The notes: generated by a model not told the origin, from the letters alone. DNA of 64,000 bases from Candidatus Iainarchaeum sp. (GCA_018304465.1 JAGVWC010000011.1:32001-96000); one strand, 5' to 3'; positions 1 through 10,092 are shown, numbered from the stretch's first letter. Numbers and translations: made by a program.

Positions 1-303
1 AAAGACTGGAACCACTGGTTATTGGGAGACGGAACCCACAACTCCGTGATTTCGACTCCTGCATTGTCTTCCGATGAACTCGTGCGCGAATGCGACAAAG
101 CCCGCATCCGTTTTTACTCGCGACCCAAATTCATTTTTTCAAAATTCGTCCAGATGTTCACGAGTCCCCGCGATATTCCGCGTTTGATCAAAAGCGGATG
201 GATTTTTTCCAAATATTACGTGCAAGAACTGCGTGCGACTTGGAAAGACCTCGTCACGAAAAAAGACGCGTCCACCGGGCAAAAACAGCCTGTTAGCGGG
301 TAA
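1..303 (+). CDS. C-terminal end of a probable B12-binding radical SAM protein (5'-truncated by window edge)
   Basis: Frame is open from base 1 (KDWNHWLLGDG...). TPALSSDELVRECDKARIRFYSRP resembles the C-terminal tail of class B/HpnJ-like radical SAM proteins. Confidence 0.5.
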   Translation, partial: KDWNHWLLGDGTHNSVISTPALSSDELVRECDKARIRFYSRPKFIFSKFVQMFTSPRDIPRLIKSGWIFSKYYVQELRATWKDLVTKKDASTGQKQPVSG

Positions 304-307
304 TGAT

Positions 308-1012
308 TTATCGTCCGCCAAAATAAATGCTTTTAATCCGCGGATCCGACAAAATTTCTTTTCCCGCTTTTAAAGCGATTTTTCCGTCTTCCAAAACATA
401 CGTTGAACTAGCAATTGAAACCGCTTGCTTGGCATTCTGCTCCACAATCATGACGCCGATGCCTTCCTGATTGATTTCAACGATTTTCTGAAAAATTTCT
501 TTCATGGTTTTAGGAGCCAATCCAAGCGACGGCTCGTCCAACAACAACAACTGCGGGTTTTGCATCAAGGCGCGGCCAATGGCCAGCATCTGCTGTTGTC
601 CCCCGCTTAAAGCAAACGCATACTCGTTTTGTTTTTGCTTTAACATCGGAAATTTACCGAATACCTCCGACAAATTCCGCTCCGCCACGTCCCGATCGGC
701 CAATACGAACGCGCCCATTTCCAGGTTTTCACGAACAGACAAATCCGAAAACAGGATCCGACCCTGCGGAACAAAACAAATTCCTTCTTCGATTAATTCA
801 TGCGTGGCCAGATGCGTGATGTCCCGGTCCTTCCAAAAGATTTTTCCCTCCGTGACATCGCACTGTGAAAACACCGCTTTTAGCACCGTGGATTTACCCG
901 CGCCATTCGGACCGATCAACGCGACGATTTCGTCCGGCGCAACCGAAATATCCACGCCATGCAAGACCTCCTGGTCCCCATACCCCGCACACAAATTCGA
1001 AATCGAAAGCAT
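308..1012 (-). CDS. livF: Branched-chain amino acid ABC transporter ATPase
   Basis: Walker A GPNGAGKST, signature LSGGQQQMLAIGRAL, LLLLDEPSLGLAP, VEQNA. Confidence 0.93.
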   Translation of the reverse strand: MLSISNLCAGYGDQEVLHGVDISVAPDEIVALIGPNGAGKSTVLKAVFSQCDVTEGKIFWKDRDITHLATHELIEEGICFVPQGRILFSDLSVRENLEMGAFVLADRDVAERNLSEVFGKFPMLKQKQNEYAFALSGGQQQMLAIGRALMQNPQLLLLDEPSLGLAPKTMKEIFQKIVEINQEGIGVMIVEQNAKQAVSIASSTYVLEDGKIALKAGKEILSDPRIKSIYFGGR

Positions 1013-1018
1013 CGTTTT

Positions 1019-2158
1019 TCATTGCTCCGAGTACAGTATAAATTCTCCGTTTTTAACGGTTTTGAGTGCCAAATCCACCTGTCGGTCGCCGAATTCATCA
1101 AACGAAATCGTTCCTGTTAGGCCCGGGTAATCCGCCGTTTGGAATAATTCGTTTTTCACACAGTTTGTGTCAATGGGATTTTCGCATTCAGACAATGCAA
1201 CGCTCAGCACGTTCAAGGCATCAAACGCAAACGTTCCGAAATACTCCGCATCAACGCCAAAGCGGTTTTGATACGATTCATTATACGCAACCGCCGCGCT
1301 GTTTTTTCTTGGATCAAACACGGGGGCCAGATAAACGATCGTGTTTTGAAACGCTCTCGCGGACTCCAAAAAATCGCTTCCTTCCACCGAGTACACATGT
1401 GAAAAAATCGGGTTAAAATAACCCATTTCGTTCATCTGTCGCACCACCAATCCCGATTCTTTGAGATGGCCGATAAGAAAAACGTAATGATCCTTGTCCC
1501 GCACTGCTTTTTGAATTACGGTTCGAAAATCAAAACCGTCTTGTTCGAACGATTCCATGCCCGCGATCGTTCCGCCGGCGGATTCATAGGCGTCCTTGAA
1601 TGCGTTAAAAATAGAAATTCCTTGATCATTATTAATATACAACACGTTTACTTCGTTTTGTTCATGATTCACAAACCAATTCGCGGTATCGACCCCAAAT
1701 TGTTCCGCTTTGGGAGCCGTGCGAAACGTGAAATCGTTTTTCGACCGATACGCACTCGTGGTCGCTGAAAAATCCATCTGAATCACGCCGTCCCAATTGG
1801 CGAGCGGCGATATCGCCACGGCCGGAGAACTTCCCATTGTTATGACATACGAAACGTTGTCTAACCTTCGAAGTTTGTTGTAGGCGTTCACGCTTTCTTG
1901 AGCATTGAATTTTCCGTCCTCAAAGATCAGTTTGATCGGACGTCCATTGATGCCACCTTTGCCGTTGATTTCGTCTTTTGCGATTTCAAGCGCGTTTTTA
2001 CCCCATTCTCCGTACACCGCGCCGTTTCCAGACAACGGAAGGATCACTCCAACCTTGATCGGTCCTTTCGAAACTGTTTCCGATTCGAATTGAAGACAAC
2101 CAAACAGCAGGAAAACCAGGAGTACCAGACCTAGTCCGACGGGGTTCCTCAAAAGCAC
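1019..2158 (-). CDS. Liv-type (Peripla_BP_6) substrate-binding protein, paralog 1, lipoprotein-like signal
   Basis: GTG start, hydrophobic signal ending LLFGC, IKVGVILPLSG, GGINGRPIKLIFED, C-terminal GTISFDEFGD. Confidence 0.9.
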   Translation of the reverse strand: MLLRNPVGLGLVLLVFLLFGCLQFESETVSKGPIKVGVILPLSGNGAVYGEWGKNALEIAKDEINGKGGINGRPIKLIFEDGKFNAQESVNAYNKLRRLDNVSYVITMGSSPAVAISPLANWDGVIQMDFSATTSAYRSKNDFTFRTAPKAEQFGVDTANWFVNHEQNEVNVLYINNDQGISIFNAFKDAYESAGGTIAGMESFEQDGFDFRTVIQKAVRDKDHYVFLIGHLKESGLVVRQMNEMGYFNPIFSHVYSVEGSDFLESARAFQNTIVYLAPVFDPRKNSAAVAYNESYQNRFGVDAEYFGTFAFDALNVLSVALSECENPIDTNCVKNELFQTADYPGLTGTISFDEFGDRQVDLALKTVKNGEFILYSEQ

Positions 2159-2161
2159 CGT

Positions 2162-2899
2162 TTATTCCCCCAAGTACGCTTCCAACACCATTGGATTTTT
2201 CCGGATTTCCTTAGGCGAGCCCTCCGCGATCACGCGGCCGTCATCCATTACAATCACTCGATCCGAAACCGACAAGGTGAAATTCATGTCATGCTCGATC
2301 AACAACACGGTTTCGCCTTTTTTCCGCAGTTCCACCAGCAACTCCGCGATTTCACTTCGGATCTTCGGATTCACTCCCGCCACGGGCTCGTCTAACATCA
2401 GCAACTTGTGCGGCGAAAGCATCGTGCGGCTTAATTCCACCAAGCGTTTTTGCCCAAAACTCAATTCGCCCGCGGATTTGTTTTCAATTCCTTTCAACCC
2501 AACCAACGCCAGCGAATCAGAAACCGGTTTCTCCAACGCCAACAAAGCGCTGCCGCGCCCGACCATGTTCGAAACGAACCCAGTGTCATTTGAGTCCAGA
2601 CCCAGCAACAAGTTTTCCCGAACAGACAAGTTCTTGAATAAAGACGATTTCTGGAACAACCGCGCGATTCCTTTTTTCGAAACGGCTTCCGGCAAAAACC
2701 CGGTGATATCCGCTCCGTCAAAAACGATTTTGCCGGCGTCGGGTGAAAGCACGCCGGACACCAGGTTAAAAACCGTGGACTTTCCAGCGCCATTGGGGCC
2801 GATCAACGCGGTGATCTTGTTCGGTTCCACCGAAAAACTGCACTCGGAAACGGCTTTCACACCGCCGAAACGCTTGGATAATCCTTGCACTGAAAGCAT
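2162..2899 (-). CDS. livG: Branched-chain amino acid ABC transporter ATPase
   Basis: KRFGGVKAV, GPNGAGKST, LSFGQKRLVEL, LDEPVAG, IEHDM, EAYLG. Confidence 0.93.
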   Translation of the reverse strand: MLSVQGLSKRFGGVKAVSECSFSVEPNKITALIGPNGAGKSTVFNLVSGVLSPDAGKIVFDGADITGFLPEAVSKKGIARLFQKSSLFKNLSVRENLLLGLDSNDTGFVSNMVGRGSALLALEKPVSDSLALVGLKGIENKSAGELSFGQKRLVELSRTMLSPHKLLMLDEPVAGVNPKIRSEIAELLVELRKKGETVLLIEHDMNFTLSVSDRVIVMDDGRVIAEGSPKEIRKNPMVLEAYLGE

Positions 2900-2945
2900 G
2901 AAAAATATACATCAAAAACAGAATAAAAGGGTTTTGCGGACGGAC

Positions 2946-4106
2946 CTATTCGTCGAATCGGACGAATTTCCCGTTTTTAACGGTTTTCATTACGATTGGA
3001 ACATCCGGATCCCCATTCGCGTCAAAAGTGATCGGTCCAACGACTCCTTCTCCCTTCGTATTATAGATTTCTTTTTTGATGCAATCCGAATTCGAATCAC
3101 ATTTCTTGAGCGCATTTGCAATAATATGGGTCGCATCATACGCCAGCGGAGCAAACCCACCCGTTGGAACTCCGTATGTTTCCCAGTAGTTTTGTTCATA
3201 GGTTTGCGCTTTTGAATTTTGGTTTCCTGAAATGAAATGATAGGCATACAAAACGCCTTCCGCCTCGTTTCCAAGTGCCGAAATCGTTGACTGGCTTTCA
3301 AACGGCGGCCCCGCGAGAATGGTCGCGTTCAAATCCAGTTCGCGCATCTGCTTGATCACAGCAATGGTTTCTTGATACCCTGCGATAAATACGACTTCGG
3401 GCTTGACCGCCTTTATTTTCGACAATTGCGTTTTGAAATCCGAGTCCCCTTGAGCAAAGGATTCTATTGCGATCACCGATGCCCCTGAGCCAGCCCAATC
3501 GGCAACAAAAGCGTCACTTAACGATTTTCCGAATTCGTTGTTGACGAAGATCACTGCTGCGGAGGAAAAGTTCCGGTCCCGAAGAAACGAAACGGATTTT
3601 TGGGTGTAAAAAACCGCGGAGGGCTGGATGCGAAAAATATAATCGCCTGCGTTTGAGATCGACGGAGCGATCGCGATCGCCATCACAACCGTTTTGTTTT
3701 TCTCCGCAATTGGTGCGGTCGCGACTACAACACCGGAGGCCCACGAGCCAATCACAACCGGAACACGATCCACTTGCGTCAATTTTTGCATGGCACTCGT
3801 TCCGATCGCCGCATCCGCCTGGTCATCCTCGAAAATAACCGTTAACCGTTTACCATTGATCCCGCCATCGGAGTTGATTTCACTCTTGGCCAATTCAATC
3901 GCGTTCTTGATTTCGATCCCATAAACCGCATTTTTGCCGGACAGAGGCAACAACGCTCCGATTTGGATTGTGTCACCACCCGGCGAAAAGGTCAAAAAAC
4001 CCGTTAGGTCAGGCCATAGGCCCAAAACGACTAACGCTACCGCCAGTAACACCAATGTCGCCACGAGCGAACGAGAAACCAAAAAAATCCCCCTTGAGCG
4101 AATCAA
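2946..4106 (-). CDS. Liv-type substrate-binding protein, paralog 2
   Basis: N-terminal TM helix, IQIGALLPLSG, GGINGK, DFKTQLSKIK, AYDA, ITFDANGD. Confidence 0.9.
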   Translation of the reverse strand: MIRSRGIFLVSRSLVATLVLLAVALVVLGLWPDLTGFLTFSPGGDTIQIGALLPLSGKNAVYGIEIKNAIELAKSEINSDGGINGKRLTVIFEDDQADAAIGTSAMQKLTQVDRVPVVIGSWASGVVVATAPIAEKNKTVVMAIAIAPSISNAGDYIFRIQPSAVFYTQKSVSFLRDRNFSSAAVIFVNNEFGKSLSDAFVADWAGSGASVIAIESFAQGDSDFKTQLSKIKAVKPEVVFIAGYQETIAVIKQMRELDLNATILAGPPFESQSTISALGNEAEGVLYAYHFISGNQNSKAQTYEQNYWETYGVPTGGFAPLAYDATHIIANALKKCDSNSDCIKKEIYNTKGEGVVGPITFDANGDPDVPIVMKTVKNGKFVRFDE

Positions 4107-4147
4107 AATCGCCTATACATACCGGTGATAGTCTTATATTTATCAAA

Positions 4148-4171
4148 TTGTAGTCTTATTTAAGATGACAA
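4148..4171. promoter_or_regulatory. Putative TrmB operator TTGT-N16-ACAA (copy 1)
   Basis: TTGTAG-TCTTATTTAAGA-TGACAA in the divergent SBP/TrmB intergenic region. Confidence 0.6.
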
Positions 4172-4173
4172 AA

Positions 4174-4911
4174 ATGAACGAATTAGAAGTGCTGATCGAA
4201 CTCGGGTTGTCTCCCGTTGAAGCGCGGGTATATTTGACGCTCTTACAGACCGGCTCGACGCGGGTGGGCGCCGTGATCCGAAAAACGGGCTTTCACCGTG
4301 GCACCACTTACCAAGTACTGCACCGATTGGCCGAAAAAGGCCTAGTGTCCTCGGTAGTGAAAGGAAAAAAACAGTTCTTTGAAGCCGCAAATCCGGATCG
4401 ATTAGGCGATATGCTCAAGGAAAAAGAAGCCCAACTGGACGAAATCTTACCGGGACTCAAAGCAAAAGCGGGAGTCGCCGGCGAAAAACAAGAAGTCGCC
4501 GTCTATTACGGAACCGCGGGCATCAAAAGCGTCTTGGACAAAATGCTTTTTGAACTTGGACAAGGCGGAAAATACTGCGACTTTGGGGTGTCAGGGCTGT
4601 TTAAAAAAATGCTTCCCGCGTACTGGTCGCTTTGGCAAAAGCGTAAAAAACGCTTGCATATCTCATCAAACGTGATTTTTAACGAAGACGTCCGGTTTGA
4701 ACATCCCGGACTACTGGCAGAATATGTCGGGAAGCGGCGGTTTCACCCCAAGGAGTTCGCAAGCCTCACCGATACCATGATTTACCGCGACACAGTGATC
4801 CTGTTCATCTGGACCGCATTACCCCCAATTGCGATCATCATCAAGAACAAGGAAAACGCCAAAAGCTACCAAAACCAATTCGAACTTATGTGGAAAAACG
4901 CAAAGCGCTAA
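4174..4911 (+). CDS. TrmB-family transcriptional regulator 1
   Basis: LGLSPVEARVYLTLL...HRGTTYQVLHRLAEKGLV wHTH, C-terminal FELMWK. Start ATG 4174 (alternative 4165). Confidence 0.88.
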   Translation: MNELEVLIELGLSPVEARVYLTLLQTGSTRVGAVIRKTGFHRGTTYQVLHRLAEKGLVSSVVKGKKQFFEAANPDRLGDMLKEKEAQLDEILPGLKAKAGVAGEKQEVAVYYGTAGIKSVLDKMLFELGQGGKYCDFGVSGLFKKMLPAYWSLWQKRKKRLHISSNVIFNEDVRFEHPGLLAEYVGKRRFHPKEFASLTDTMIYRDTVILFIWTALPPIAIIIKNKENAKSYQNQFELMWKNAKR

Positions 4912-4917
4912 ACCGCT

Positions 4918-6069
4918 TTAGTTTCCTTCATACAAAACGAATTTCCCGTTTCGCACGGTTTTCAGCACATACGGGATATGAACATCCCCGTTGTCGTCGA
5001 AATCGACTGCCCCCAAAACGCCTTCGAACCCGCTCAACCGATCCAGTTTCCCCTTAACGCAAGCACCGGAATCCGATTCGTTCGCATCGCATTTTCGAAG
5101 AACGGTGGCGGCCACCCACAACGCGTCATAGGCCCGGGCGATGTTGGTTTCGGGTTCTTTTCCAAGCAATCGCTTCACTTTTTCAACGAAATCCAATCCT
5201 TTCGGAGTCGATAAACCTGCCTTGAAAAAACGGATTCCTTCCGCGTCTCTTCCCGCATTTTTAAGGAACTCTGCGTTTTCAATTGGTTCGGCGGCAAAAA
5301 CCGGAAGAAGAATCCCAAACTCCGTCCGCTGCTTGAGAATCAATTCGGCGTCCGGTGCATAAGAAATCAAAAGCAACGCTTCTGAATCCGCCTGAACTAC
5401 TTTGCTTAATTCTGACCGAAAATCCCGCTGTTCGGGGGCATAGGTTTCTTGGATCAAAATAATTCCACCCCGTTCCAAAAACCGTTTTCGAAAGGCTGGA
5501 AAATAACCCAAACCATAATCATTGTTAATTTGTAACACTGCGACGGAATCCACTCCGATGGAAACCAAATAATCCGCCATTTCGGCGCCTTCGAACGCAT
5601 TCGAGGAAACGATCCGATACGAATAATCATCGGGACTCGAATATGATGCCGTCGAACAATCAGTCGCCAACAAGACGGTTTGATCCGCATCGGCAGAAGC
5701 GGACAATGCCATGCAAATGTTGCTTAACCCCGAGATCACCAATGGAGCGTTCGATTCAAGCCGGATTTTTTGCCACGCGCTTAACGCCTGTTTGGGATCC
5801 GCGGCGCTGTCTTCAAAATCTACGCCCAACGGTTTTCCATTGATACCGCCGCCGGCGTTGATCTCAGACAACGCCAGTTCCAATCCCTGACGCTCCAGTT
5901 CCCCGTACCGGGCGTTTTTCCCCGACAACGGCAAGATCGCTCCGACGTGAACTGAGGCATCGGCGTCCGAATCAAGCCCCCAAAAACCGGCCAATCCCGG
6001 ACCCACGGCCGCCGCCAGCACAATCACAACCGCGATGAGAATTCCTAACAGAACCCATTTAGCATCCAA
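4918..6069 (-). CDS. Liv-type substrate-binding protein, paralog 3
   Basis: TM helix, VGAILPLSG, GGINGKPL, DFRSELSKV, AYDA, VDFDDNGD. Confidence 0.9.
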   Translation of the reverse strand: MDAKWVLLGILIAVVIVLAAAVGPGLAGFWGLDSDADASVHVGAILPLSGKNARYGELERQGLELALSEINAGGGINGKPLGVDFEDSAADPKQALSAWQKIRLESNAPLVISGLSNICMALSASADADQTVLLATDCSTASYSSPDDYSYRIVSSNAFEGAEMADYLVSIGVDSVAVLQINNDYGLGYFPAFRKRFLERGGIILIQETYAPEQRDFRSELSKVVQADSEALLLISYAPDAELILKQRTEFGILLPVFAAEPIENAEFLKNAGRDAEGIRFFKAGLSTPKGLDFVEKVKRLLGKEPETNIARAYDALWVAATVLRKCDANESDSGACVKGKLDRLSGFEGVLGAVDFDDNGDVHIPYVLKTVRNGKFVLYEGN

Positions 6070-6125
6070 CCAAAGCCCCCGAGCAGGTGTTCATAAACAT
6101 TGGGCCAAGGGACCTACAAATAATT

Positions 6126-6149
6126 TTGTTGCGTGAAAGCTCACAACAA
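6126..6149. promoter_or_regulatory. Putative TrmB operator TTGTTG-N12-CAACAA (copy 2)
   Basis: Perfect 6-bp inverted repeat next to a TTTAAAT TATA-like box. Confidence 0.65.
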
Positions 6150-6184
6150 TAAATTTAAATGCTTGTCGTTCGATTTTCGGTGCA

Positions 6185-6901
6185 ATGAACGCAAGTACGC
6201 TGATGCAGCTTGGATTAAGCGAAACCGAAGCGCGGATCTATTTATCGCTTTTGCGCCGCGGAGCCATGCAGGCAGGAGCCATCAGCAAGGAAGCCCAGGT
6301 AAACCGCACCACGACGTATGATTGCCTCGAACGATTGATCGCGGACGGAATCGTCACGTACTCCATCGAAGCCAACCGCAAGGTGTTTCACCCCGCACCA
6401 CCAAATCGTTTTCTGGATCTGATCAAGGAACAGGAAAAAACGGCCGTGGAACTCCTGCCGGAACTCGAGCGCCAATACAAGGCCCGCAAGGAAACCGAAG
6501 AAACCAACATTTACAAGGGAAAAAAAGGCATCCGTTCTATCCTCCAAGAAATCCTGAAATATCCCAACTACGAGGCATTCGGCTCGGGCGGACGCTTTTT
6601 GGAAATCATGGAACACGATTTTTTGGCGTTCCAAAAACGAAAAGAAGCGAAAAAAATAAAATCCCGCATTGTGGTCAATCAGTCCGCTCGAAAAACACAG
6701 GGAATCCGCGAAGCGTTCGGATCGTTTCGATTCGTTTCGGACGAATTCACGGGCGGACCCGTCACCACATTCATTTTCGGAAACAACGTGGCGATCGTAG
6801 TATGGGCCGAAACCCCGTTTGCCACCGTGATCTCAAGCCCCGAAGCCGCCAAGAGCTTCAAAAACCACTTCGAACTGCTCTGGAAAACCGCGCGGCCCTG
6901 A
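6185..6901 (+). CDS. TrmB-family transcriptional regulator 2
   Basis: LGLSETEARIYLSLL, NRTTTYDCLERL, YKGKKGIRS, FELLWK. Confidence 0.88.
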   Translation: MNASTLMQLGLSETEARIYLSLLRRGAMQAGAISKEAQVNRTTTYDCLERLIADGIVTYSIEANRKVFHPAPPNRFLDLIKEQEKTAVELLPELERQYKARKETEETNIYKGKKGIRSILQEILKYPNYEAFGSGGRFLEIMEHDFLAFQKRKEAKKIKSRIVVNQSARKTQGIREAFGSFRFVSDEFTGGPVTTFIFGNNVAIVVWAETPFATVISSPEAAKSFKNHFELLWKTARP

Positions 6902-8065
6902 TTAGTTTTCCAAATAGGAAACGAATTTTCCATTCTTGACTTGTTTTATGAACACGGGTTTTTGGGCATTTCCGTTTTCGTCAAAAGAAAAACACCCGGA
7001 TTCGCCGCAATACGACCTGGTTTCGTTTAAGCTTTTCTGAAGTCCAACCGGAGTAACCGGGTTTTCGTTTGAATTCATCACGGCGTTTGCGATAATGAAC
7101 AATCCGTCATAGGCTTCCGGCGACCAGCGTTTCGGGTTTTCATTAAACTTCGCTTTTATCTTGTAACCATAGGAATCCTTGGGAAACCCGGAAAACGTCA
7201 CGAATACCACGCCCTCCGCGGTGTCCTTTGCGCCATCCAGCACTTCCTGCGTTTCAATCGAGCCGTTTACGAGTAAAAACGAAGATACTCCCAGCTCCCG
7301 GACTTGCTGTAACGTCGGAATATTTTCATTGGTGAGCTGGGCGACAAAGAGAACGTCGGGATTCGTTGATTTGATTTTGGACAATTGGGTCCGAAAATCC
7401 GTTTCCCCTTTTCCCGTGCTTTCCACCGCCGTTGTTTCTCCGTCTAATTCACCAAACCTAGACACAAACGCGTCTTTTTGGTTCACGGTGGTCTCGTTGT
7501 AATTCGCATAAAGCACCGCCGCCGTTTTTGCGCCGCGGTCTTTGGCCAACTCAGCGGCTTTTTGTCCAAGCAAAGAAGACTCGCCTTCGTTTCGAAAAAC
7601 AAATTCACCCGCGCTTTCAAGGTCTTTCGTCTGAGACGCCATGGCATACAACACGATTTGGTTCGTTTGCGCGAGCGGCGAGACCGCCACGGCGTGCTGG
7701 GAAGGACCCGTGATCAGGGCAATCGGTTTTTCCGTGGAAATGAGCCGTTGAACAGCCGAAACCGTTTCTTTGACCTCCCCGTGATTGTCTTCAAACACCA
7801 ATTGAATCGAAAACGGATACGAGGCATTGATTTCCGACGCCGCCAATTCAAGGCCTTGACGGATGCCTTCTCCGTAGGGAGCTTGGCTTCCGGAAAGCGG
7901 AATCACCACACCAATCGAATACGTGGGTTTGGAGACGGGTGGGGTGGAAAGTCCGAAAAAACCGCTTGCGACAAACGGGCCGATGAACACGACGGCTCCC
8001 ACCAACACCAGAATAAACAGACCGATCAGCGCCTTATTATCCGGTTGAAATGCACCCAAATTCAT
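6902..8065 (-). CDS. Liv-type substrate-binding protein, paralog 4
   Basis: TM helix, IGVVIPLSG, TDFRTQLSKIK, AYDG, FSFDENGN. Confidence 0.88.
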   Translation of the reverse strand: MNLGAFQPDNKALIGLFILVLVGAVVFIGPFVASGFFGLSTPPVSKPTYSIGVVIPLSGSQAPYGEGIRQGLELAASEINASYPFSIQLVFEDNHGEVKETVSAVQRLISTEKPIALITGPSQHAVAVSPLAQTNQIVLYAMASQTKDLESAGEFVFRNEGESSLLGQKAAELAKDRGAKTAAVLYANYNETTVNQKDAFVSRFGELDGETTAVESTGKGETDFRTQLSKIKSTNPDVLFVAQLTNENIPTLQQVRELGVSSFLLVNGSIETQEVLDGAKDTAEGVVFVTFSGFPKDSYGYKIKAKFNENPKRWSPEAYDGLFIIANAVMNSNENPVTPVGLQKSLNETRSYCGESGCFSFDENGNAQKPVFIKQVKNGKFVSYLEN

Positions 8066-8104
8066 ATTCTCTATATAACTGCTGTAAGTGAACTTAATAT
8101 TTTT

Positions 8105-8128
8105 TTGTTGTTTTTTTTAAAACAACAA
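8105..8128. promoter_or_regulatory. Putative TrmB operator TTGTTG-N12-CAACAA (copy 3)
   Basis: TTGTTG-TTTTTTTTAAAA-CAACAA, same half-sites and spacing as copy 2. Confidence 0.65.
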
Positions 8129-8166
8129 TACATATTTTTTTATTGGAATAGTCCCCTGTTTTCTTC

Positions 8167-8907
8167 ATGAACACCGAGATATTGCGCAACATTGGACTAA
8201 GCGACAATGAAATTCGCGTGTATCTGGACCTGCTCAAACACTCTGATTCCTTGGCCAGTGACATTGGAAAACGAACCAGCATCAATCGAACCGTGGTGTA
8301 CCAAAGTCTGGCCGAACTCATTTCCAAAGGCCTGATCGCCTATGTCATCAAGAATAATACTAAATATTTCAAAGCGGCGCCCCCCGCCAAACTCGTGGAT
8401 TACTTAAAAGAAAAAGAAACCAACCTGCAATCACTCCTGCCGGAATTGATATCGATCAAAAAAACCAATTCAAAACCCTATTCGGTGGAACTATACGAGG
8501 GAAAAGAAGGACTCAAAACAATCCTGAATGACATCTTAAAGGACAGTGACCGAAAAATATGGGACTGGACTAGCGGATATGCCAATATCATTCTTCCGAA
8601 ATTATACATTGAAAAATGGCATCAAAAACGCATTCAAAAAAAAATCTTTGCGCATTTTCTCGTTAACAACACGCCGCTTGGCCGAATCCGCGGAGAAGAA
8701 CTCGCCAAAAAAGGGCTTTCCGACGTCCGATACACCCCTGCGGGATTAACCTCGCCCGCCCACATATTCATTTACGCCCAAAAAGTCGCCATCCTCTTGT
8801 ACGTGGAAGAATATCCCTTCGGAATCCTCATCGAAAACAACGACATATGTGACAAGTTTCGCGAATTCTTCGAATGGATCTGGAAACTCTCCAGCGAAAA
8901 ACCGTGA
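8167..8907 (+). CDS. TrmB-family transcriptional regulator 3
   Basis: IGLSDNEIRVYLDLL, NRTVVYQSLAELISKGLI, YEGKEGLKT, FEWIWK. Confidence 0.88.
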   Translation: MNTEILRNIGLSDNEIRVYLDLLKHSDSLASDIGKRTSINRTVVYQSLAELISKGLIAYVIKNNTKYFKAAPPAKLVDYLKEKETNLQSLLPELISIKKTNSKPYSVELYEGKEGLKTILNDILKDSDRKIWDWTSGYANIILPKLYIEKWHQKRIQKKIFAHFLVNNTPLGRIRGEELAKKGLSDVRYTPAGLTSPAHIFIYAQKVAILLYVEEYPFGILIENNDICDKFREFFEWIWKLSSEKP

Positions 8908-8911
8908 GGGG

Positions 8912-10015
8912 TCATTTCACCCAGCGATTGCCGTCAAAATGCAATACGTACGATGGACGCTGGATCACGCCGTTGGCATCGAACCGGATTTTTCCATCCA
9001 ATCCCTCGAATTCCTGCGAAAGCAACGCGTTTTGCACGCATACGGAAAACGGTTCCTTGTCCTTGCAAGAAGAAGCCGCCTGATGCAAAATGAACACATC
9101 TTCGTAACCGTACACTGCATCCGCGATCGCCGTGGCGCCAAACCGCGAACGATACCGCTCCAGAAACGCTTTTACCTTCGGATTTTCTTCCCCGAGATAA
9201 AAATCGGTTCCGATCGCGTTCTGCAACACGTCCGAAAACTCCGACACTCCTTCAAAATCGCACGCGACCGCTCCGACCGTGGGACACACGATTTGCACCG
9301 GACCGAAATCGATCTCGCGCAGCTGGCGAAGAATGTTTTCGGTCTCGATCGTGTTGGTTCGGATCAACAGGAACTCCGGGTGAATCGCTTTGAGTTTCGA
9401 AAGCGAAGTGCGGTAATCAGTCTCGCCTTTCTGAAAAAACTCAACCGGGAACGAAAAACCCGTCGCTTTGAATTCCGCCAAGCACAGATGCGTCGAATCA
9501 TGATTGGCCATGAACCCCGCGCCTTTTTTCCCCTGCAGGAGATGCGCGAGGATTTTGCAATCGGCTGCCACGCTCGTGTGATTCTTGAATACAAAGGAAT
9601 ATTTTTCGGCCGGTGGGTCCACGGCGGAGCCATACAGCAGAACCGATTTTTCCGATTCCACGACAGGAGAAAGGGCGTTGCTGGAAGCCGAAAGCCAGGT
9701 CACGAAAAGCTGGACGCGATTCACGGACCGAAGCTTTTGCATTGCGCTCAAGGCCGTCTTGGCGTCGTTTTGCGAATCATCGAACAAGAGTTCGACTTCC
9801 GAATGGAGGTCTTCCAATGCCAGGAGCATTCCGTTCCGGGCGGCTTCACCGGTACGCGAGCCACTGCCCGAAAGCGGAAGAATCGCTCCGATACGGGTTC
9901 CGTTTGATTCTTCAATGGCCGAAAACTCTGAAAATCCGGTGATTTGGGGCCAAAAAGCCAACATTCCGAGGGTAATGGCTCCAATGACGATGCAAAGAAC
10001 AAAAAAGAGGCGCAT
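8912..10015 (-). CDS. Liv-type substrate-binding protein, paralog 5 (most divergent)
   Basis: TM helix, IGAILPLSG, TDYRTSLSKLK, GKIRFDANG. Confidence 0.85.
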   Translation of the reverse strand: MRLFFVLCIVIGAITLGMLAFWPQITGFSEFSAIEESNGTRIGAILPLSGSGSRTGEAARNGMLLALEDLHSEVELLFDDSQNDAKTALSAMQKLRSVNRVQLFVTWLSASSNALSPVVESEKSVLLYGSAVDPPAEKYSFVFKNHTSVAADCKILAHLLQGKKGAGFMANHDSTHLCLAEFKATGFSFPVEFFQKGETDYRTSLSKLKAIHPEFLLIRTNTIETENILRQLREIDFGPVQIVCPTVGAVACDFEGVSEFSDVLQNAIGTDFYLGEENPKVKAFLERYRSRFGATAIADAVYGYEDVFILHQAASSCKDKEPFSVCVQNALLSQEFEGLDGKIRFDANGVIQRPSYVLHFDGNRWVK

Positions 10016-10048
10016 ATGTAACTTAGCACAGTTAAAAAATATATTGGA

Positions 10049-10072
10049 TGTTAGTAATATTAACTACTACAA
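10049..10072. promoter_or_regulatory. Putative TrmB operator, degenerate copy 4
   Basis: TGTTAG-TAATATTAACTA-CTACAA, same spacing as the other three. Confidence 0.5.
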
Positions 10073-10092
10073 TAATCTTTGAATGGGATGAC

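Noticed and set aside
8849-9907. 352-aa plus-strand ORF, and similar long antisense ORFs at 504, 2277, 7478, 52007, 53758 and 59613
   Set aside because: These are shadow frames opposite well-supported genes and have no recognisable motifs.
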